A DNA stretch of 64,000 nt. Origin: Schmidtea polychroa (taxonomy: Eukaryota). Below, piece by piece: positions 45,410 through 58,680 of this stretch; the first letter of the stretch is position 1, and each line of letters starts with the position of its first letter. Position numbers and translations under genes: made by a program. The stretch spans positions 16,432,001-16,496,000 of the forward strand of contig CM097885.1 of the NCBI GenBank assembly GCA_044892525.1, given 5' to 3'. The notes under the pieces were generated by a model. The model made no database searches. It was not told the origin of the DNA and was given only the letters and a program-made list of their open reading frames with translations.

Positions 45410-45975
45410 TTTTCAATTACAGTAAATTACGGTTCAAATTTTTCAATTAAAGTAAATAATGGTTCTAAAAATTAAATTAAAGTTAATTATGGCTCAAATT
45501 TTTCAAATAAGGTAATTATGGTTCTAAAAATTAAATTAAAGTAAATTATGGTTCTAAAATATTAAATTACAGTAAATTATGGTCCAAATTTTTCAATTAA
45601 AGTAAATAATGGTTCTAAAAATTAAATTAAAGTAAATTATGGTTCTAAAATATTAAATTACAGTAAATTATGGTCCAGATTTTTCAATTAAAGTAAATAA
45701 TGGTTCTAAAAATTAAATTAAAGTTAATTATGGCTCAAATTTTTCAATTACAGTAAATAATGGTTCTAAAAATTAAATTAAAGTAAATTAAGGTTCTAAA
45801 AAATTAAATTAAAGTTAATTAAGGTCTAAATTTAAAATTAAGTAATCAATGGTAAAAAATTTTAAATAAGTAATAATTTTTAAATAAGTAAATTAAAGTA
45901 ATAATTTTTAAATAAGTAAATTAAAGTAATGTAATAAGTAAATTAAAGTAATGTAATAAGTAAATTAAAGTAAGA
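45410..45975. repeat. ~29-bp AT-rich tandem array
   Basis: Unit approximately AAATTAAAGTAAATTATGGTTCTAAAAATT; mirrored at ~60590-61280. Confidence 0.88.
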
Positions 45976-46159
45976 TTTTAAAATTTATTAACAAAAAGTT
46001 GAAGGTGTTTGAGAATTGAAATTTTTTAATGAAAATTTTTATGAAATAATTTTTTAAGTTAATTTTATAAGTTAATTTTTAATGGAAATTTTTAAGATAA
46101 TTTTTAATGGAAATTTTTATGAAATATTTTTCAAAGACAAATTTTAATAATAATTCAAC

Positions 46160-48110
46160 AACAAACCACCTACTAAGTACCAACAACCAGTAACTTACGA
46201 ACATGTATTACCAACCAGATACCTACAACCAGATACCTACAACTAGTTACTAACAACTAGTTACATGATACTAAGTAAATACAACCACTTAACAAGTACT
46301 AACAACCAAAAACAAGCAACCAACCAGGTACTAGATACCAAGTACTCACAACCGACAACAACCAAGTACTAAGCATTATTAACCAACATCAACCAGGTAC
46401 TAAGCATTAATTACCAACTACTAAGTACCTACAACCACCTAGCTACCAAGTACCAAGTACTAACAACCAGTTACCAACTACTAAGCATTAATTAACTACA
46501 ACCAGCTAACAGCAACCGACAACAACCAAGTACTAACAACCAAAAACAAGCAACCAACTAGCTACCACCTACCAAGTACCTACAACTAGATACTAACAAC
46601 CAGTTACCAAGTACCTACAACCACCTACCCATTAACTAGCTACCAACTACTAAGTACCAACAACCAACTAGCTACCAGATACCTACAACTAGATACTAAC
46701 AACTAGATACCAAGTACCTACAACCACCTATCCATTAACTAGCTACCAAGTACTAACAACTAGGTCTCAAACAACTAAATACTAACAACCAGTTACCAAC
46801 TACTAAGCATTAATTACCTACAACTAGTTACTAACAACTAGATACCAAGTACTTACAACCAACATCAACCAGGTACTAAGCATCATCAACTAACTACTAA
46901 GTACCTACAACCTACAACTAGTTACTAACAACCAACCAACTAGGTACTAGATACCAAGTACTTACAACCAACATCAACCAGGTACTAAGCATCATCAACT
47001 AACTACTAAGTACCTACAACCTACAACTAGATACTAACAACCAGTTATCTGATACCAAATACTTACAACTAGATACCAAGTACTATCAACCAAAACCAAC
47101 CAACCAACTAGGTACTAGATACCAAGTACTAACAACCAACAACAACCAGGTACTAAGCATTATCAACCAACTAGAGTACCTACTAAGTACCTACAACCAA
47201 CTAACAACCACCTACCAAGTACTAACAACCAGTTACCAACTACTAAGCATTAATTACTAACAACCAGTTACCTGCTATCAAGTACTTACAACAAGATACC
47301 AAGTACTAAGCACTGTCAACTAGATACCAAACACTTACAACTAGATACCACGTACTAACTAACTCTCAAACAACTAGTTACTAACAATCAGTTACCTGCT
47401 ACCAAGCACTCAACCGTCAACAACCAGTTACTAAGCATTATTAACCAACTACTAAGTACCTACAACCACCTACCCATTAACTAGCTACAACCACCTAACA
47501 ACCAATTACCTTCAACTAGTTACTAACAACTAGTTACCTGATAGAAACCAACTAGGTACCAGATACCAAGTACTAACAACCGCCAACAACCAGATACCTA
47601 CAATTAGTTACTAACAACCAAAAACAACCAACCAACCAGTTACCTGATACCAAGTACTAACAACCAGTTACCTTATACCAGATACCTACAACTAGTTACT
47701 AACAACTAGTTACCTGATAGCAACCAACTAGGTACCAGATACCAAGTACTAACAACCGCCAACAACCAGATACCTACAATTAGTTACTAACAACCAAAAA
47801 CAACCAACCAACCAGTTACCTGATACCAAGTACTTACAACCAGTTACCTTATACCAGATACCTACAACTAGTTACTAACAACTAGTTACCTGATAGCAAC
47901 CAACTAGCTACCACCTACCAAGTACTAACAACCAGTTACCAAATACTAAGCATTAATTACCTACAACTAGTTACTAACAACTAGATACCAAGTACATACA
48001 ACCAACATCAACCAGATACTAAGCATTATCAACCAAGTACTAACAACCAAGTAACTTACCAAGTACTAAGCACTGTCAACTAGATACCAAACACTTACAA
48101 CAAGATGACC
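46160..48110. repeat. Strand-skewed mosaic repeat of shuffled short words
   Basis: Words ACCAAGTACT, AACAACC, AGATACC, AGTTAC and TACTAAGCATT in varying order; mirrored at ~58990-60380. Confidence 0.88.
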
Positions 48111-48424
48111 ACATGAAATTAATGGTTAAATATGAAAATAAGGATTATATTTAGTTGTTAAGTAAATAATGGTGTAAAATTAAGAAATAAAGAATAATTA
48201 GGTAAATTAAGGATAAGTAAATTAAAGTTAAAAATTTTAAATTAAAGAAAACAATGGTTCAAAATTTAAAATTAAGTATCCAATGGTTCAAATTTTAAAT
48301 TAAAGCTAAAGTAAGATTTTTAAATTTATTATCAAAAGATTGAATAACCACCAACTTTTTTGAGAAATGTAATTTATAATGAAAATTTAAATGGAAATTT
48401 AAATGGAATAATAATAATAATAAT

Positions 48425-48495
<71 letters not shown>

Positions 48496-48918
48496 TACTA
48501 ATAATTCAACAGTTACCAACAATCGGTTACTGATTATTTTTTAACTAGGTGCTAACAAATACTTACACCATGATACCACGTACTAACTAACTCTCAAACA
48601 ACCAGATACTTACAACTAACTACTAAATATTCTTCACTGTATTTTATGAAATGCTTTTTAAATTAATTTTTTATCTATCTTCAAAAATATATTTAATTAC
48701 AATCATTAGAAAAACCTTTTCAAATTTAACAAAAATGATGATTTTCATCAAAAAACCACAACTCATCACCACGTGGAATTCAAAATAATTACAATGAAAG
48801 ACTAATGAATTCTAATTTACAAAACATTCTTCTTTTAAATGATAACTACTGACTTATTATTGCAAAGTAAAAATCGCATTCAATAAATACTTATTGTTGA
48901 TCAGTTTTATTATATATA

Positions 48919-51900
48919 CTCTGAGTTTATCCGACAGGATGTTTTGACCCCCTAAGGGTACAGGTCGTAAGGGTACTGGTCGTAAGGGTATTAGTCGTAA
49001 GGGTACTAGTCGTAGGGGTATTGGTAACACTCAACCCCCATCTACCCATTAACCACCTAACAAGTACCAACAACCAAGTCTCAAACAACTAAATACTAAA
49101 CACTAACAACTAACAACAACCAGGTACTAGATACCAAGTACTAACAACCTACAACTATATAACAACAATCAGTAAACAACACTGTACCAACTACCAAATA
49201 CAAGAAACCAACAACTTAGTACCAACAATCAACTAACAACACATAAAAATAATAGCAATTAAATAAAAAAAATTATTCTTCATCGCATACACTATTTTCT
49301 TATCAAAATCTAAAAAGTCAACCAACTACTTACAACCAACAACTATGTACTAACAAATTGATCTTTAAAAGCAAATACTCATCACTTGAAAAATTAGATG
49401 GAAAATTATTTGAACTCAAGGCATCAATAACTAGGTAAAATTTGATTAAATTATTGTAAAAATTTAAATTATTCAAAATAAATATCATAAAAATTTAATT
49501 AATGGACAGGAAAAAATTCTAATCATCCAGTAAATAAAAAAAATACTGATCATTCAAGTTGAATCAACTAAGATAATAAATTAATAAAAGTTTTGAAATA
49601 AGATCTAGATTTAGATTGAATAAAATTAATTTTAATTATTTTTGTAAAAGTAATACATGTACTCAAATTGATTGACTGATTTCTCAATATATTCAAAAAA
49701 AATCAGTATAAATTCATTACAATTATCAAAGTCAGCAATCTACAATAAAAATAATTATCATAAAATTCCAAAAGAGACTAGAAAACTAATGATAAAATCT
49801 ATCAAACCAGTAAATTCATTTAAATGACAATAATTGGTATATCCAAGTGAATTCTCTAATAAAATCATCTAAAAAGCATCAAATTTCCCTGAAATATATC
49901 AATATTTAAAGATTAGTATCTTATCGATAAGTACTTGTTAAAGATCATATATTCACCTCAAACTAACAAGATTCCTTAAAATCCCTTAAATGGCTATATT
50001 TCAACCCTTAATTCGTATTATTACAAATATCATCTAAAAAGCATCAAATTTCATTGAAATAACTCTATCCTTAAAGATTGATATTTTAATGACAAGTACC
50101 CTTAAAAGGTTATATATTTACCTCAGACTAATAAGATTGCTTAAAATCCCTTAAATGACTATAATTCTAACTTTAATTCGTATTATCACGAATATTTCCC
50201 TATAAAACATGTAAAATCATTAACCCTAAATAATTTATAAAATCTAATGATAAAACTGGTTATAATTAATTTTTTGTTAATCACTGTACTCGATATTTTA
50301 AATAAATATTACTACAATATAACTGACTAGGTCCCATTGAAAGATTAAATTTATCCATTCAATAAAATATATTTCTTCAAATGATCATTTTTACCAATAT
50401 TCAACCGATTTAATTACTAATTAAAATCAAGATTCCTTCCAATAAAGATCAATTTTATTTAGTCGATGTTTTAAGTCCATATTTCTAAACTTTTGTCATT
50501 CTCCGCCTAAATAAAGATAAAAATAAATTAAAGTTGATATCAATCCCATTTATCTGTAAAGTTTTCATCGTCAAAACCAAGTAAATCGACATTGTTCTAA
50601 AACATAAATCTAAATTCATATATTATTTAAACCAGTAAATTCATTTAAATGACAATAATTGGTATATCCAAGTGAATTCTCTAATAAAATCATCTAAAAA
50701 GCATCAAATTTCCCTGAAATATCTATATCTTTTAAGATTAGTATCTTATCGATAAGTACTTGTTAAAGATCATATATTCACCTCAAACTAACAAGATTCC
50801 TTAAAATCCCTTAAATGGCTATATTTCAACCCTTAATTCGTATTATTACAAATATCATCTAAAAAGCATCAAATTTCATTGAAATAACTCTATCCTTAAA
50901 GATTGATATTTTAATGACAAGTACCCTTAAAAGGTTATATATTTACCTCAGACTAATAAGATTGCTTAAAATCCCTTAAATGACTATAATTCTAACTTTA
51001 ATTCGTATTATCACGAATATTTCCCTATAAAACATGTAAAATCATTAACCCTAAATAATTTATAAAATCTAATGATAAAACTGGTTATAATTAATTTTTT
51101 GTTAATCACTGTACTCGATATTTTAAATAAATATTACTACAATATAACTGACTAGGTCCCATTGAAAGATTAAATTTATCCATTCAATAAAATATATTTC
51201 TTCAAATGATCATTTTTACCAATATTCAACCGATTTAATTACTAATTAAAATCAAGATTTCTTCCAATAAAGATCAATTTTATTTAGTCGATGTTTTAAG
51301 TCCATATTTCTAAACTTTTGTCATTCTCCGTCTAAATAAAGATAAAAATAAATTAAAGTTGATATCAATCCCATTTATCTGTAAAGTTTTCATCGTCAAA
51401 ACCAAGTAAATCGACATTGTTCTAAAACATAAATCTAAATTCATATACAATGAATTAATCACAACCTAATAAAACAATATAATTATTATTGATACATAAC
51501 TGACTAATTGACATTTCCCTTAAAACATTGATATTTTACCAACAGCATACTTAAAAAATCATATATTCCCATCTTAACCCATCTCTCATTAAATTCAATC
51601 GACTATATCCCCCTTACAATGATATATTCCCAACTTATCTGATCTCTCATTAAAATCAATCGACTATATCTCCCTTACAATGATATATTTCCATCTTATC
51701 TGATCTCTCATTAAATCTAACCGACTATATCCCCTTAAAAAATCATATATTCCCACCTTATCTGATCTCTCATTAAATCTAACCGACTATATCCCTTTAA
51801 AAATCATATATTCCCATCTTAACCCATCCCTCATTAAATCTCACCGACAATATCCCATCTTATCCGATCTCTCAGCAAATATTTCTACCCCCCTCATTAA

Positions 51901-53041
51901 ATTTAACCGACAATATCCCATCTTATCCGATCTCTCAGCAAATAATTCTACCCTTTTAAACATCTATCCGATTATATCCCTTATTTTCCCTAAAGATTCC
52001 GCCCACTTGAGCCCTTTAATATATATCAATCCTCTTAAAATCCTCAGAGAAATTCAAAAATATGACTTAATTGTTACAGACACCAAATATTCTTCCATTG
52101 AAATAATTTAGTAGCTATGTAGTAAGAGTTCACTAAAAGATCAAAAATCAATATTTTCTACAAATATTTACCATCAAATACTGGAGATGATATATATTGA
52201 TTGATCATAATTCTTCATCGATTCAGCCAATCATTTTCAAGCAATAACAGCAAACTAAATTTCTTTATATCCTACAATAATTATCACGTAAATTTAAAGT
52301 CATTGATAAAGTTGGTTTCTTAGCTTATGTTTTTTAAAGATCATCAATGTGTAAATATTCTTAGAAAATTATTGAAAAATTATTTATTCAAATATATTAC
52401 AAAGTTATCATCAGAAATTTATTCTATCACTTAATTATTAACCTAATTGTCAATGAAATTAATTTTTATTTAAAAACTATTCAATAAAATACAACTAATT
52501 ATCAAGAAATTAATTAAATTTATCAATTAAATTTATCACCATTAAAACTTTTAATCAGTCAACATGAAATTCTTAGAAAATTATTCAATATCCTCATCAA
52601 AATTTATCCTACCACTTGATTATTGTACAAACTTTAATTATTAACCTCATTAAAAATAAATTTTTATTTAAAATTAAAAAACAAGTCAATAAAAATACAT
52701 TCAATTATCAAGAAATTAATTAAATTTACCTTAGAATTAGCATTAAATTACAGATATTCACAAAAATTACGGAAATTCATGAAAATAATGGAAATTCACA
52801 AAAATAATAGAAATTCACAAAAACGATAAAAATTCACAAAAAAGATAGAAATTTACTTGAATAAAACCATCAACTCTAAAAATTATGAATGCCTTAAACA
52901 TCAAATTTGCCTAAATAATCATTCAAATAAAAACATTAAATACCTTTACGACTAATACCCTTGCGACATGTTGAATGTGAGTAGTACCCTTGTGAGCAAT
53001 ACCCATAGGGGGACAGAATATTTTGTCGGATAAACTCAGAG
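48919..53041. mobile_element. Nested TA-flanked TIR element, left-arm copy
   Basis: TA|CTCTGAGTTTATCCGACA...TGTCGGATAAACTCAGAG|TA; 15-bp subterminal repeats GTCGTAAGGGTA(C/T)TA; no long ORF. Confidence 0.8.
49804..51447. repeat. 825-bp near-identical tandem duplication, left arm only
   Basis: Units start AAACCAGTAAATTCATTTAAATG at 49804 and 50629. The right arm has a single inverted copy at ~56600-57390. Confidence 0.9.
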
Positions 53042-55219
53042 TATATATTAATTAACTCATTTATCATTGAATTAGTCAAATTATCGTAAATTTCGATAAA
53101 AAATCTAAAGTGGTAAGCAATGTAAAGAGAAATATTCTTTAAATTTTGATAAAATTAACAATGAAGGTGGTAAGAATCTTCATTAAAGTGAGGAAATTAT
53201 TCATTACTCGATTCAAATGGGTGAAAATAATTGGTAGAATAATCCATTAATGGAGGTAGATAATGAGAAGTGGCATAGATAAGAAGAAGGTGGATAAGAA
53301 TGGAAGTATATTAATTGAATTTATTTAAAATTATTTCATAAAATTCATAAATTTAATAAAAAAAAACTTTTAAAAGAAATATTTGTGGAGATGTTTTAGG
53401 TGAAAATTAATCAAAATCGGCGGAATATAATTGATTAAATATCGAGGATGGGGGTTATAATCAATGGGATACAAATGATTAAATAGTGGAAAATCCGGGA
53501 ATATAAGTGATTAATTAATGGAATATTGAGAATCGGAGGAATATCAATGAGAAGGATATATAATTTAAACTAGTTTATTACATAACAAGCCGCGACTAGT
53601 TTATTACATAACAAGCCGTGAATGGTATTTTACCAACATTTTTAAAGTATGTAATTTAATTTTAATTTTATTTTTAAATTGTACATATTTTGAATATCAT
53701 TCTATTGTTTAATTTCGATAATAAGTATAAAAAGTCTATAATGATTAATAAATTAATATCTTGTTAACATTTACCAGAGAATTTAAAAAACTTTACTTAA
53801 AATTTAGTGAAGTATTTAATTTTGATTGTACTTTATAAGACATATATTTGAGTATTAACTTATTTTGATTGAAGTATCACATTCAATATTATGATGATTT
53901 TCTTTTTCTAAATTGAAATATTTTAGTGTAAAATAGTTAATTTGATAATAAATAGAATACAATGTTAAAGGACTTTTTGAAAAAAAAGTTAGTTTCTACT
54001 GCCTAATCAATAAGTTTAAAAAGTTTAGAACTGTTAATAAATCAATTTCTTATTCGCATTTACATATAAAATTTTTATTTTTAAATTAAAGTATTAAATT
54101 GATGATTTAATTTTAATTGTATTTGAATGATACATTTAATTTACTTTGATTGAAAGGAGTAATATAATTCATATTATGATATTTGTTTTCGAAATATTTA
54201 GTGTAGAATAGTAAATTTAATAATATATAGCTATTATTACAAGTACTTATACAAAAAAAACACTTTTTATTTCTAATGTTTTATTCCATCAATAAGTTTA
54301 AAAGTATGTAACTGGTAATAGATTAATTTCTTATTTACATTATTCGAGAATTTGAAAAACTTATAAAATTTATATTTTTAAAATTTAATTTTGATTGTAT
54401 TTTCTAAGACTTATATTTGAATATTTAACTTATTTTGAATGAAAAGGGTAATATATATATATTATTATCTTTTATGATAATTATTTTTGAAATACATAAT
54501 GCAAATTAAAACATTTTAGTAATAATTTGCTATTATTTTAGAATTTATTTTAGTCAAAAATTAAAAAAAAGATCTAATCAATAATTCTCAATAAATTATC
54601 ATTCACGGCTTGTTATGTAATAAACTAGTCGCGGCTTGTTATGTAATAAACTAGTCGCGGCTTGTTATGTAATAAACTAGTTTAAATTATATATCCTTCT
54701 CATTGATATTCCTCCGATTCTCAATATTCCATTAATTAATCATTTATATTCCCGGATTTTCCACTATTTAATCATTTGTATCCCATTGATTTTCCATTAA
54801 TTATAACCCCCATCCTCGATATTTAATCAATTATATTCCGCCGATTTTGATTAATTTTCACCTAAAACATCTCCACAAATATTTCTTTTAAAAGTTTTTT
54901 TTTATTAAATTTATGAATTTTATGAAATAATTTTAAATAAATTCAATTAATATACTTCCATTCTTATCCACCTTCTTCTTATCTATGCCACTTCTCATTA
55001 TCTACCTCCATTAATGGATTATTCTACCAATTATTTTCACCCATTTGAATCGAGTAATGAATAATTTCCTCACTTTAATGAAGATTCTTACCACCTTCAT
55101 TGTTAATTTTATCAAAATTTAAAGAATATTTCTCTTTACATTGCTTACCACTTTAGATTTTTTATCGAAATTTACGATAATTTGACTAATTCAATGATAA
55201 ATGAGTTAATTAATATATA

Positions 55220-58191
55220 CTCTGAGTTTATCCGACAAAATATTCTGTCCCCCTATGGGTATTGCTCACAAGGGTACTACTCACATTCAACATGTCGCAA
55301 GGGTATTAGTCGTAAAGGTATTTAATGTTTTTATTTGAATGATTATTTAGGCAAATTTGATGTTTAAGGCATTCATAATTTTTAGAGTTGATGGTTTTAT
55401 TCAAGTAAATTTCTATCTTTTTTGTGAATTTTTATCGTTTTTGTGAATTTCTATTATTTTTGTGAATTTCCATTATTTTCATGAATTTCCGTAATTTTTG
55501 TGAATATCTGTAATTTAATGCTAATTCTAAGGTAAATTTAATTAATTTCTTGATAATTGAATGTATTTTTATTGACTTGTTTTTTAATTTTAAATAAAAA
55601 TTTATTTTTAATGAGGTTAATAATTAAAGTTTGTACAATAATCAAGTGGTAGGATAAATTTTGATGAGGATATTGAATAATTTTCTAAGAATTTCATGTT
55701 GACTGATTAAAAGTTTTAATGGTGATAAATTTAATTGATAAATTTAATTAATTTCTTGATAATTAGTTGTATTTTATTGAATAGTTTTTAAATAAAAATT
55801 AATTTCATTGACAATTAGGTTAATAATTAAGTGATAGAATAAATTTCTGATGATAACTTTGTAATATATTTGAATAAATAATTTTTCAATAATTTTCTAA
55901 GAATATTTACTCATTGATGAACTTTAAAAAACATAAGCTAAGAAACCAGTTAAATTACTTGAAAATGATTGTAGTTTGCTGTTATTGCTTGAAAATGATT
56001 GGTTGAATTGATGAAGAATTATGATCAATCAATATATATCATCTCCAGTGTTTGATGGTAAATATTTGTAGAAAATATTGATTTTTGATCTTTTAGTGAA
56101 CTCTTACTACATAGCTACTAAATTATTTCAATGGAAGAATATTTGGTGTCTATAACAATTAAGTCATATTTTTGAAGTTCTTTAAAGATTTTAAGACTGA
56201 ATTGAATTAAAGGAGGATTCAAGTGGGTAGAATTGAAGGATATATTCGGTTAGATGTTTAAAAGGGTAGAAATATTTGCTGAGAGATCGGATAAGATGGG
56301 ATATTGTCGGTTATTAAATTTAATGAGGGATGGGTTAAGATGGGAATATATGATCTTTTAAGGGGATATAGTCGGTTAGATTTAATGTGAGATGGGTTAA
56401 GATGGGAATATATCATTGTAAGGGGGATATAGTCGGTTGCCTTTAATGAGGGAAGGGTTTCGATGGGAATATATGATTTTTTAAGTATGCTGTTGGTAAA
56501 ATATCAATGTTTTAAGGGAAATGTCAATTAGTCAGTTATGTATCAATAATAATTATATTGTTTTATTAGGTTGTGATTAATGCACAGTAAATTATTTTAG
56601 AACAATGTTTTATTAAGTAGGGATAATGATCGATTTACTTGGTTTTGACGATGAAAACTTTACAGATAATTGGGATTGATATCAGCTTTAAATTATTTTT
56701 ATCTTTATTTAGACGGACAACGACAAAAGTTTAGAAATATTGATTTAAAACATCGACAACTAAATAAAATTGATCTTTATTGGAAGAAATCTTGATTTTA
56801 ATTAGTAATTAAATCGGTTGAATATCGGTAAAATGATCATTTTAAGAAATATATTTTATTGAATGGATAAATTTAATCTTTTAATGGGACCTAGTCAGTT
56901 ATATTTATTTTAAATTTCGAGTACAGTGATTTACAAAAATTTACAGTGATTAACAAAAATTTTATTATAACCGGTTTTGTCATTAGATTTTATAAATTCT
57001 TTAAGGTTAATGATTTTACATGTTTTATAAGGAAATATTCGTGATAATAGGAATTAAAGCAATCTTATTAGTCAGAGGTAAATATATAACCTTTTAAGGA
57101 TATTTATCGATAAAATACTAATCTTTAAAGATATAGTTATTTCAGGGAAATTTGATGCTTTTTAGATGATTTTTGTAATAATACGAATTAAGGGTAGAAA
57201 TATAGTCATTTGAGGGATTTTAAGGAATCTTGTTAGTTCGAGGTGAATATATGATCTTTAACAAGTACTTATCGATAAGATACCAATCTTTAAATATTGA
57301 TATATTTCAGGGAAATTTGATGCTTTTTAGATGATTTTATTAGAGAATTCGCTTGAATATACCAATTATTTAAATGAATTTACTGGTTTGTTAGATGTTA
57401 TCATTAGTTATCTAGTCTCTTTTGGAATTTAATGATAATTATTTTTATTGTAGATTGCTGACTTTGATAATTTTAATGAATTCATACTGATTTTTTGAAT
57501 ATATTGAGGAATTAGTAAATAGATTTGAGTACATGTATTACTTTTAAAAAAAATACTTAAAATAAATTTTATTTCAAATAATTTATTCAATCTAAATCAA
57601 TTATCTACTAGATCTTATCTTATTAATTTATTATCTTAGTTGATTCAACTTGAATGATCAGCATTTTTTTTATTTATTGGATGATTAGAATTTTTTCTTG
57701 TCCATTAATTAAATTTTTATGATATTTATTTCGAATAATTTAAATTTTTTACAATAATTTAATCAATTTTTATCAAGTTATTGATGCCTTGAGTTCAATT
57801 AATTTTCCATCTAATTTTTCAAGTGATGAGTATTTGCTTTTAAAGATCAATTTGTTAGTACATAGTTGTTGGTTGTAAGTAGTTGGTTGTTAGTACTTGG
57901 TACTTGGTAGCAGGTATCTGGTTGTATGTATCTAGTTGTAGGTTGATATTTGTTAATTTCTCGATGGGTTTTGATGGTGGTTGTTAGTACATGGTATCTA
58001 GTTGTTAGCTGATTGATAGTAACTACTTAATGGGTAGGTGGGGATTGAGAGTGATCAATACCCCTACGACTAGTACCTTTACGACCAGTACCCTTACGAC
58101 TAATACCCTTACGACCAGTACCCTTACGACTAGTACCCTTACGACCTGTACCCTTAGGGGGGTCAAAACATCCTGTCGGATAAACTCAGAG
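55220..58191. mobile_element. Nested TA-flanked TIR element, right-arm mirror copy
   Basis: Same 18-bp TIRs at 55220 and 58174-58191, same flanks in inverted orientation. Confidence 0.8.
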
Positions 58192-58604
58192 TATATATAA
58201 TAAAACTGATCAACAATAAGTATTTATTGAATGCGATTTTTACTTTGCAATAATAAGTCAGTAGTTATCAATTAAAAGAAGAATGTTTTGTAAATTAGAA
58301 TTCATTAGTCTTTCATTTAAATTATTTTGAATTCCACGTGGTGATGAGTTGTGGTTTTTTGATGAAAATCAACATTTTTGTTAAATTTGAAAAGGTTTTT
58401 CTAATGATTGTAATTAAATATATTTTTGAAGATAGATAAAAAATTAATTTAAAAAGCATTTCATAAAATACAATAAAGAATATTTAGTAGTTAGTTGTAA
58501 GTATCTGGTTGTTTGAGAGTTAGTTAGTACGTGGTATCATGGTGTAAGTATTTGTTAGCACCTAGTTAAAAAATAATCAGTAACCGATTGTTGGTAACTG
58601 TTGA

Positions 58605-58680
<76 letters not shown>

